Origin: a virus
Length of the DNA stretch: 64,000 nucleotides
Virus record (IMG/VR): IMGVR_UViG_3300030328_002122
Location: 32,001-96,000 of that record
Strand: one strand, 5' to 3'
In this document: positions 28,665-36,441 of the stretch, in pieces
How positions within the stretch are numbered: the stretch's first letter is position 1
Layout of the letters: each line of letters opens with the position of its first letter
The notes under the pieces: generated by a model
Database searches by the model: none
What the model was told of the DNA's origin: nothing
Seen by the model: only the letters and a program-made list of their open reading frames with translations
Made by a program: the position numbers and the translations under genes

Positions 28665-30364
28665 TAACATTTGAAAAGGTTAGATGGAAAAACTTTCTAT
28701 CTACAGGCAATAACTTTACCGAAATCGTATTAAATGAAAATCATTCTACTCTTATAATAGGGGAGAATGGTTCTGGTAAATCTACTATTCTTGATGCATT
28801 ATGTTTTGGATTATTTAACAAACCATTTCGTAGTATATCAAAAGGACAGTTAGTAAATTCTGTAAACAATGGTGGTACAGAAGTACAAGTAGAATTTAGT
28901 ATTGGTAAGAAAAGTGTTCGTGTTGTTCGTGGCATCAAACCTACTAAGTTTGAAGTATATGTAGATGATAACATGATTAATCAAGATGCAAATGCAAGAG
29001 ATTATCAGAAACATTTAGAACAACAAATACTAGGATTAAACTATAGATCTTTTACACAAGTTGTTATACTTGGTAGTTCAACTTTTGTTCCATTTATGCA
29101 ACTATCAACAAAGGCCCGTAGAGAGGTTGTAGAAGATATATTAGATATAAAGATATTCTCTCTTATGAACTTTTTATTAAAGAATAAAAATAAAGAGTTA
29201 ACAGAAGAAACAAGAACTGTAGATAATGAACGTGAACTTACTATAGAAAAGATAAGATTACAGGAAAGATTTATTACAGAAGTAAGTGACAGTAAGTCTA
29301 ATATTGTATCAGAGAATATACAACAACTTGATACTAACAATCAATCCATAAAAATGAAAGAAGTGGATTTAGAAACTTACAATAGTAAAATTTTTCAATT
29401 AGAATTATCTGGTAAAGATATTATAGAAAAGAAACTAAAGAAACTTAGTAAAACAGAAGCTGCACTTACAAACAAAAAGTCTGACCATGAAAAACAAATA
29501 GAGTTTTTTAATCAGAATGATATATGTCCTACTTGTGAACAAACAATAACAGATGTTACGAAAACAAATCAAATCAATAGTAGAAAACAAAAGATTGATG
29601 AAATATCAAAAGCAATAGAAGAAATATCTAAACTAGAAAATAAAGAACAAAGTGAACTGGATAATATATTAGCTAAACTGGAAGAAGCAAGATCTTATGA
29701 TGTAGAGATTGCAAAGATAAAGTCTAGTATTAGTGAGTTGGTCAAGTTCAACAAGAAGTTACAAAAAGATATTGATGACTATAACTCTAGTTCTATATCA
29801 GAAGAAGATAAAGAGAAACTTGCAAAACTAAAAGGTAGATTAGAACATATAGAAGAACAAAAGATGAAACTTAAAGAAGATAAGTTTTATATTGATGTTG
29901 CAAGAGAGTTACTACAGGATAGTGGTATTAAAACGAAGATTGTAAAACAATACTTACCTATTATGAATAAGTTGGTAAATACTTATCTTTCTAGTATGGA
30001 TTTTTATGTTAACTTTAACATTGATGAAAACTTTAATGAAACAATCAAGTCAAGATTTAGAGATGAATTTTCTTATGCATCATTTTCTGAAGGTGAAAAG
30101 ATGAGAATAGACCTTGCATTATTGTTTACTTGGAGAGCTGTCGCAAAGATGAAAAACTCTACAAATACTAATCTACTTATACTAGATGAAATATTTGACA
30201 GTTCATTAGATACAACTGGTACAGATGATTTTCTGAAGATACTGAATACATTTAGTGACCAGAATGTATTTGTCATATCTCATAAACAAGATATACTATA
30301 CGATAAATTCAGAAGCACAATTAAATTTGAAAAGAATAGGAATTTTAGTCATGTTGTTACTTAA
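28661..30364 (+). CDS. gp46: Recombination ATPase gp46 (Rad50/SbcC-like)
   Basis: GENGSGKST, CPTC zinc hook, FSEGEK, LILDE. Confidence 0.96.
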   Translation: MITFEKVRWKNFLSTGNNFTEIVLNENHSTLIIGENGSGKSTILDALCFGLFNKPFRSISKGQLVNSVNNGGTEVQVEFSIGKKSVRVVRGIKPTKFEVYVDDNMINQDANARDYQKHLEQQILGLNYRSFTQVVILGSSTFVPFMQLSTKARREVVEDILDIKIFSLMNFLLKNKNKELTEETRTVDNERELTIEKIRLQERFITEVSDSKSNIVSENIQQLDTNNQSIKMKEVDLETYNSKIFQLELSGKDIIEKKLKKLSKTEAALTNKKSDHEKQIEFFNQNDICPTCEQTITDVTKTNQINSRKQKIDEISKAIEEISKLENKEQSELDNILAKLEEARSYDVEIAKIKSSISELVKFNKKLQKDIDDYNSSSISEEDKEKLAKLKGRLEHIEEQKMKLKEDKFYIDVARELLQDSGIKTKIVKQYLPIMNKLVNTYLSSMDFYVNFNIDENFNETIKSRFRDEFSYASFSEGEKMRIDLALLFTWRAVAKMKNSTNTNLLILDEIFDSSLDTTGTDDFLKILNTFSDQNVFVISHKQDILYDKFRSTIKFEKNRNFSHVVT

Positions 30365-31799
30365 TGGTGATTGCATTGAACAAATGCAAAAATTAATTGA
30401 TGATGGTGTACAAGTAGATTCTGTAGTTACAGATCCACCTTATCATCTTACATCTATTGTAGAAAGATTTGGTAAAGAAGGTTCTGCACCAGCACAAGAA
30501 GGAACTGATGGTGCATTTGCACGAGCATCAAAAGGTTTTATGGGTAAAGAATGGGATGGTGGAGATATTGCATTTCGTCAAGAAACTTGGGAACTTGCAT
30601 ATAAACTTTTGAAGCCAGGTGGACATTTACTTGCCTTTTCTGCATCTAGAAATTATCATAGAATGGCAGTTGCAATAGAAGATGCTGGTTTTGAAATTCG
30701 TGACCAAATTATGTGGATATATGGAAGTGGTTTTCCAAAGAGTTTGAATATAGGAAAGGGTGTTGATAAGAAACAAGGTAATGAGAGAGAAGTTGTGGGA
30801 ACAATAGAAAGAGGTAGTGTTGAAGATGCGATTGCAAAGGGTGTAGGATATACTGCTGACCCAGCAAATCAAAACAACAAAGCGATATTTGGATATGGAA
30901 CTGAAACATTAACAAAAGGTAATTCTGAATGGGAAGGTTGGGGTACTGCACTTAAGCCTGCACACGAACCTATTGTGATGGCAAGAAAACCTTTATCAGA
31001 AAAGTCTATTGTAGATAATGTATTGAAACATGGAACTGGTGGTATTAATATTGATGGCTGTAGAATAGAAGGTAATGATGCAAAATATCCAGATACGAAT
31101 CCAGATTTTCGTGATCAAGGTAAAAAGTCAAAAGAGGCTATAGGTATTAATAAACTAAGTTTTGGTCAAGTGCAAGATGCAAAAAGAAAAGAAATAGAAA
31201 AAGAAGAAAATAATCTTGGTAGATTCCCTGCTAATGTAATGCATGATGGTAGTGATGTTGTGGAAGATATATTTCCAACGACTTCTAAATCTGCTGGTGG
31301 TGGTGGAAGTAAAACTGTAAGTCCAAGTGATAATGTTTATCAAGGTGGTTGGGGTCATAAGGAATATGATAAGACAGTTGGTTTTGGAGATGAGGGTTCA
31401 GCTGCAAGATATTTCTATTGTCCAAAGGTATCGAAAGAGGAAAGAAATAGAGGATTAGACCATCTACCAACAAAGAAAACGTCAAGTATGTCTGGACGCA
31501 GAGATGCACATGATATGGAAGGATATAGTATAGACAATGATGTTACAGGAAGATTTGTAACAGAAAGAAAGAATGTACACCCTACAGTAAAACCAATTGA
31601 ACTGATGAAATATCTTTGTAGATTAGTTACACCAAAAGGCGGTACAGTTCTTGATCCATTTATGGGAAGTGGTTCTACAGGAATGGCTGCAAAAGATGAG
31701 GGTTTTGATTTTATCGGTATTGAAAAAGAAGAAGAGTATTTTGAAATCTCACAATCAAGAATTAAAGTTACTGCACCTTTAATGGAATTTTTCTCTTGA
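30351..31799 (+). CDS. Amino (N6-A/N4-C) DNA methyltransferase, beta class
   Basis: TDPPY near the N-terminus; HPTVKP and VLDPFMGSGSTG near the C-terminus; ATG 30351. Confidence 0.9.
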   Translation: MLLLNGDCIEQMQKLIDDGVQVDSVVTDPPYHLTSIVERFGKEGSAPAQEGTDGAFARASKGFMGKEWDGGDIAFRQETWELAYKLLKPGGHLLAFSASRNYHRMAVAIEDAGFEIRDQIMWIYGSGFPKSLNIGKGVDKKQGNEREVVGTIERGSVEDAIAKGVGYTADPANQNNKAIFGYGTETLTKGNSEWEGWGTALKPAHEPIVMARKPLSEKSIVDNVLKHGTGGINIDGCRIEGNDAKYPDTNPDFRDQGKKSKEAIGINKLSFGQVQDAKRKEIEKEENNLGRFPANVMHDGSDVVEDIFPTTSKSAGGGGSKTVSPSDNVYQGGWGHKEYDKTVGFGDEGSAARYFYCPKVSKEERNRGLDHLPTKKTSSMSGRRDAHDMEGYSIDNDVTGRFVTERKNVHPTVKPIELMKYLCRLVTPKGGTVLDPFMGSGSTGMAAKDEGFDFIGIEKEEEYFEISQSRIKVTAPLMEFFS

Positions 31800-31818
31800 A
31801 ATTAGTTTTAAAAACATA

Positions 31819-31847
31819 TTGACAATGTTATTAGAACATGATATAGT
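31819..31847 (+). promoter_or_regulatory. sigma70-type promoter
   Basis: TTGACA-N17-TATAGT with TG extended -10. Confidence 0.75.
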
Positions 31848-31884
31848 GATTCTATAATCAATTGAATAGAGGAAAATATAGATA

Positions 31885-32835
31885 ATGGCTCATGAATTAG
31901 AAATAGTAGATGGAAAAGCACAAATGGCATATGTTGGTGAATTGCCATGGCATGGTCTTGGTACTAAAGTAGAAAATGATATTACACCAGACCAATTCCA
32001 AAAAGTTGCTGGACTAGATTGGACAGTTGAAAAACAAGATATGTATACTGTCAATGGTGTTAAAGTGCCTAATAAACAAGCACTAGTTCGTTCATCTGAT
32101 AATAAAGTTTTAGATACTGTAGGTTCTGGTTGGAATCCAGTTCAAAACTCTGAAGCATTTGATTTTTTCCAAGAGTATGTAATGGCTGGTGACATGGAAA
32201 TGCACACAGCAGGATCACTAAAAGATGGTCAGTTAGTTTGGGCACTTGCAAAAACAAACGAATCTTTTGAGTTATTTAAGGGTGATGTTACAGAGAATTT
32301 CTTTCTGTTTACTAATCCACATCAGTTTGGAAAAGCAATCAATATTAGAATGACACCAATTCGTGTTGTTTGTAATAATACTTTAACTTTATCGTTGTCT
32401 ATAAAGTCTGATAATATGGTTACTGTAAATCATAGAAAAGAATTTGATGTAGAAGAAGTTAAAGAACAAATGGGTATTGCCAGAGAAAAAATGGAACAAT
32501 ACAAGTCAATGGCTGAGTTTCTTGGATCTAAAAGATATTCACCAGATAATGTAGTAAACTACTTCAACGAAGTATTTGGTTCACCTACAAAATCAGATGA
32601 TAAGATCTTTACATCTAGAAATGCAAAAATTGCCCATGAAAATTTACAAGAACAGCCTGGTTCTGAATTTGCAGAAGGTTCATGGTGGCAGGCATTTAAT
32701 TCTGTAACTCACATGACAGATCACTTGCAAGGTAGAAGTACTGATGGTAGGTTAACATCTGCATGGTATGGTCGAAACAGAAAAGTAAAATTAAAGGCTC
32801 TTGACAAAGCTCTTGAGTACGCAGAAAAAGTTTAA
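31885..32835 (+). CDS. DUF932-family phage/plasmid protein
   Basis: PWHGLG, AGLDW.V, PVQN.EAF, AGSL..G..VW, TPIRVVCNNTL, W.AFNSVT. Confidence 0.85.
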   Translation: MAHELEIVDGKAQMAYVGELPWHGLGTKVENDITPDQFQKVAGLDWTVEKQDMYTVNGVKVPNKQALVRSSDNKVLDTVGSGWNPVQNSEAFDFFQEYVMAGDMEMHTAGSLKDGQLVWALAKTNESFELFKGDVTENFFLFTNPHQFGKAINIRMTPIRVVCNNTLTLSLSIKSDNMVTVNHRKEFDVEEVKEQMGIAREKMEQYKSMAEFLGSKRYSPDNVVNYFNEVFGSPTKSDDKIFTSRNAKIAHENLQEQPGSEFAEGSWWQAFNSVTHMTDHLQGRSTDGRLTSAWYGRNRKVKLKALDKALEYAEKV

Positions 32836-32877
32836 AAAAGTTTTGTATAGGGGTTGACTTTTCTAAGTTAATCCCTA

Positions 32878-32885
32878 TATAAATA
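32878..32885 (+). promoter_or_regulatory. Late promoter TATAAATA (with upstream TTGACT) for hsp20
   Basis: TTGACT at 32854 and TATATAAATA. Confidence 0.65.
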
Positions 32886-32919
32886 ATAGTGATAGATGCT
32901 TTATAGGTCTATCATATTA

Positions 32920-32940
32920 ATCTTGCTTAATAAAGGAGAT
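32920..32940 (+). promoter_or_regulatory. ROSE-like RNA thermometer hairpin over the hsp20 SD
   Basis: ATCTTGCTT-AATA-AAGGAGAT: UUGCU motif pairs with AGGAG leaving a bulged G. Confidence 0.6.
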
Positions 32941-32944
32941 AGCA

Positions 32945-33391
32945 ATGACAAACTTAAGCACTTTTAGAAACGCACTTCAAGCGTTTGACGTAAATCACTT
33001 AACACCTTATGCAGTTGGATTTGATCGACAATTTGATAGATTGTGGGATTATGCAAATCATCAAGCAGAATCAACAGGTTTTCCACCTTATAATATTGTG
33101 AAAGATGGTGACTACAAATTTACTATTGAAATGGCCTTGGCTGGATATAGTAAAGATGATATTGAGGTAGAAATCGCAGAAGGCGTCTTATCAATTAAAT
33201 CTATTAAAGAATCAAAAGATGAAGATGATAAACTTTATCGTGGTATTGCAACAAGAAACTTTACAAGAAAATTTACTCTTGCAGATGATATTGTTGTAAA
33301 TGGTGGTTCATTAAAAGATGGTATGCTTTCTATTAAATTAGAAAGAGTAATACCAGAGGAAAAGAAACCTCGTTTAATTGATATCAAGTAA
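32945..33391 (+). CDS. hsp20: Small heat-shock protein Hsp20 (IbpA-like)
   Basis: GFDR.FD.L, FPPYNI, IEMALAG, YRGIA.R.F.R.FTLA, L.DGML.I.L. Confidence 0.95.
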   Translation: MTNLSTFRNALQAFDVNHLTPYAVGFDRQFDRLWDYANHQAESTGFPPYNIVKDGDYKFTIEMALAGYSKDDIEVEIAEGVLSIKSIKESKDEDDKLYRGIATRNFTRKFTLADDIVVNGGSLKDGMLSIKLERVIPEEKKPRLIDIK

Positions 33392-33401
33392 TTGTTATCT
33401 G

Positions 33402-33430
33402 AAAGTGCCTCTTGACAGAGGCACTTTTTT
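33402..33430 (+). terminator. Intrinsic terminator after hsp20
   Basis: AAAGTGCCTCT-TGAC-AGAGGCACTTT plus T run. Confidence 0.85.
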
Positions 33431-33440
33431 ATGTTATAGT
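33412..33440 (+). promoter_or_regulatory. sigma70-type promoter embedded in the terminator
   Basis: TTGACA-N17-TATAGT with TG extension. Confidence 0.7.
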
Positions 33441-33471
33441 ATAAGTAGTATGTGAAATTTTTGGAGAGATT

Positions 33472-33747
33472 ATGAAAAAACTACAATATCGTTATAATGA
33501 AGAACAAATTCTTAATGAATTAAAGTCGTATGTAGACAAAACATATGACGCACATTATTCCCACAACAAATTTCAAGCATCAGAATTTATCATGGACAGC
33601 GGCCATGGCGAAGGTTTTTGTATCGGAAATGTGATGAAATACGCACAACGATATGGAAAAAAACAAGGAAGAAATAGAAATGACTTGTTTAAAATAGTAC
33701 ATTATGGTATAATGGCAATCTATAATCATGACAAATATAAGGAGTGA
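33472..33747 (+). CDS. DUF3310-like conserved phage protein
   Basis: HYS, GFCIGNVMKYAQRYGKK, DL.K..HY. Confidence 0.7.
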   Translation: MKKLQYRYNEEQILNELKSYVDKTYDAHYSHNKFQASEFIMDSGHGEGFCIGNVMKYAQRYGKKQGRNRNDLFKIVHYGIMAIYNHDKYKE

Positions 33748-33749
33748 AC

Positions 33750-34409
33750 ATGAATCTTAGTAATGATACAAGAGAAGTTTTAAAAAACTTTTCATCTATT
33801 AATCAAAACCTAATGGTTAATAGTGGTAATGTGATTGGAACTATGTCTGCAATGAAAAACATTGTTGCAAAAGCAACGATACCAGACACGTTTCAAAATG
33901 AATTTGCAATATATGATTTGAATGAATTTTTATCTGCACTTTCTTTATTTAAAAAACCATCACTTAACTTTTCAGATAAAAGTGTAAAGTTAGATGAAGA
34001 GGGTGGTGGAAGTTCTCTTAACTATTTCTTTAGTGATCCATCTATTGTTACATCACCAAAGACAGATATAACTATGCCTTCGGTAGATGTTGAGTTTACA
34101 TTTACACAAGATACTTTTAATCAAATTATGAAAGCATCAGCTGTTCTTGGTACACCAGATGTTGAAGTAAAAGGTACTGCTGGTGGTGATGTTAATCTTG
34201 TGGTAACAGACCGAAAGAATGATACATCAAATGATTTTAGTATGAAAGTTGGTGAAAACTCATCAAGTACATTTTCACATTTCTTTAAAGTTGAAAATCT
34301 AAAACTTTTAAGTGGTGACTATAATGTACAAGTTTCCAATAAGGGAATATCTCATTTTAAAAATATATCAAAGGATATAGAATACTTTATCGCTCTTGAA
34401 GCTTCCTAA
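33750..34409 (+). CDS. gp45: Sliding clamp gp45
   Basis: LKNFSSINQ, FAIYDLNEFL, FKVENLK, YFIALE; ATG after GGAG. Confidence 0.95.
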   Translation: MNLSNDTREVLKNFSSINQNLMVNSGNVIGTMSAMKNIVAKATIPDTFQNEFAIYDLNEFLSALSLFKKPSLNFSDKSVKLDEEGGGSSLNYFFSDPSIVTSPKTDITMPSVDVEFTFTQDTFNQIMKASAVLGTPDVEVKGTAGGDVNLVVTDRKNDTSNDFSMKVGENSSSTFSHFFKVENLKLLSGDYNVQVSNKGISHFKNISKDIEYFIALEAS

Positions 34410-34424
34410 GTTTAGGAGTATATA

Positions 34425-35363
34425 ATGAATGATGTGATTTTGTGGGTGGAAAAATATCGTCCATCCAAAATAAGTGATTGTATTCTTACAGATGATCTCA
34501 AAACAACTTTTCAAACATTTGTAAATGATGGGTTTATTCCTAATTTATTATTGTCTGGTGGGCCTGGTGTAGGTAAAACAACAATTGCAAAAGCAATGTT
34601 GAAAGAACTAGATGTAACTTACATGATGATAAATGGTTCTGAAGAGTCTGGTATTGATGTTCTTAGGAATAAAATTAAAAACTTTGCCTCAACTGTTTCT
34701 ATGGATGGTAAAAGAAAATTTGTAATTCTAGATGAGGCAGATTATCTAAATCCACAATCAACTCAACCAGCATTGCGTAATTTTATGGAAGAGTTTCATA
34801 AGAATTGTGGATTTATTCTTACTTGTAATTTTAAGAATCGTATTATAGAACCACTACATAGTAGATGTTCTGGAATTGAATTTCGTATTCCAACTACTCA
34901 AAAACCAATACTTGCTAATGAGTTCTTTAAAAGAGTTACTACTATTCTACAAGAAGAAAATGTTGAGTTTAATACAAAAGTTGTTCAAGAGATTGTTATA
35001 AAATACTTTCCAGATTGGAGAAGAGTTCTAAACGAACTACAAAGATATTCTGCAACTGGAGCAATCGATTCTGGCATATTAGTAAATATATCAGAAACAA
35101 ACATGAAAGATTTGGTATCTTTTTTAAAAGATAGGGATTTTAAATCCATACGTAAGTGGGTTAAAAATAACTTGGATAATGATCCATCAAGAATATATCG
35201 AAAAATTTATGATACATTGTATGATGAGGTTGAACCAACTTCAGTTCCACGTTTGGTTATGGTACTTGCAGATTATTCTTATAAGTCAGCTTTTGTTGCA
35301 GACCAAGAGATTAATATGCTTGCGTTTATGTATGAAGCATTTGGAGAAATAAGTTTCAAATGA
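34425..35363 (+). CDS. gp44: Clamp loader large subunit gp44
   Basis: WVEKYRP, GPGVGKTT, ILDEAD, PLHSRC. Confidence 0.96.
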   Translation: MNDVILWVEKYRPSKISDCILTDDLKTTFQTFVNDGFIPNLLLSGGPGVGKTTIAKAMLKELDVTYMMINGSEESGIDVLRNKIKNFASTVSMDGKRKFVILDEADYLNPQSTQPALRNFMEEFHKNCGFILTCNFKNRIIEPLHSRCSGIEFRIPTTQKPILANEFFKRVTTILQEENVEFNTKVVQEIVIKYFPDWRRVLNELQRYSATGAIDSGILVNISETNMKDLVSFLKDRDFKSIRKWVKNNLDNDPSRIYRKIYDTLYDEVEPTSVPRLVMVLADYSYKSAFVADQEINMLAFMYEAFGEISFK

Positions 35364-35749
35364 GTTATGAACTTAAAGAGTATTTAAAAAGTATTAATCG
35401 AACAAAGGAAAATCTGATGGATTCAGATGATCCTATGTGGGAAAAGAAATATTTACCATATATCGTTAATAAATGTCTTGCACCATTTACAGACACAATT
35501 ATGTTTGTGAATGTAATGAATGGACATCACCACCTAGATAAAAAACTACAATATGATTTTTTACTAAATATACTTAGACCTAAAAATAGATACGAGCCTT
35601 GGTCAAGAGGCCGAAAATTAAAAGACTTGGAGTTTGTAAAAGAATATTATGGTTATAGTAATGAAAAGGCTAAAGTTGCTCTTCAGATACTTAGTAATGA
35701 CCAGATAAAAACTATCAAGAATAGTTTGAGTAAAGGTGGAAGAAAATGA
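35360..35749 (+). CDS. gp62: Clamp loader small subunit gp62
   Basis: YLPYIVN, QYDFLLN, VKEYYGYS.EKA; synteny. Confidence 0.9.
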   Translation: MSYELKEYLKSINRTKENLMDSDDPMWEKKYLPYIVNKCLAPFTDTIMFVNVMNGHHHLDKKLQYDFLLNILRPKNRYEPWSRGRKLKDLEFVKEYYGYSNEKAKVALQILSNDQIKTIKNSLSKGGRK

Positions 35750-36150
35750 ACAATATTGAATGGCATCAAGATAAGATGCTAGAAGTAAAACTAAAAGAAC
35801 CAGATGACTTTCTAAAGGTTCGTGAAACATTATCTAGGATTGGTGTTGCATCTCGTAAAGAGAGAAAACTATATCAATCATGTCATATACTTCATAAACA
35901 AGGTAGATATTTCATAGTGCATTTTAAAGAATTATTTGCACTTGATGGTAAAGGTACAAACATTTCAGAGAATGATGTATCTAGACGAAACTCTATTGCA
36001 TCTCTTTTGAGTGATTGGGGTTTAGTTGAAATAATTGGTGATAGTGAACCAAAAGCACCATTGTCGCAAATCAAAGTTATTTCTTTTAAAGAAAAACATG
36101 AATGGACATTGGAAACAAAGTATAACATAGGGAAGAAAAAACTAGATTAG
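35746..36150 (+). CDS. regA: Translational repressor RegA
   Basis: DDFLKVRETLSRIG, LYQSCHILHKQGRY.IVHFKELF. Confidence 0.96.
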   Translation: MNNIEWHQDKMLEVKLKEPDDFLKVRETLSRIGVASRKERKLYQSCHILHKQGRYFIVHFKELFALDGKGTNISENDVSRRNSIASLLSDWGLVEIIGDSEPKAPLSQIKVISFKEKHEWTLETKYNIGKKKLD

Positions 36151-36158
36151 GAGTCGTT

Positions 36159-36410
36159 ATGAAATTCAGAGATAAGATGATTAAAGCCATGAAAGACCAC
36201 GCAAAAGGTCATATAGCCAAACACGCTATGAATGTCGAAGTCTACTTTAGAAATGCAGCTGGAATTGGTGGAAAAGATAATGCAGATATTTTGGAAGAGG
36301 TAGAAAAAGAACTTGATGTAGTTGCAAGATACCATGACCAAATAGAAATGTTGGATAGGTATTTTGTAGATGAATCTACACAAGAAACTTTATTTGAAGA
36401 TATGAATTGA
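36159..36410 (+). CDS. Conserved hypothetical protein
   Basis: AGGAG RBS; AGIG...DI.EEVEKEL. Confidence 0.65.
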   Translation: MKFRDKMIKAMKDHAKGHIAKHAMNVEVYFRNAAGIGGKDNADILEEVEKELDVVARYHDQIEMLDRYFVDESTQETLFEDMN

Positions 36411-36435
36411 CAATTACACTAAAAAGTGATATAAC
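36407..36435 (+). promoter_or_regulatory. sigma70-type promoter directly upstream of gp43
   Basis: TTGACA-N17-TATAAC with TG extension. Confidence 0.65.
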
Positions 36436-36441
36436 TATATT

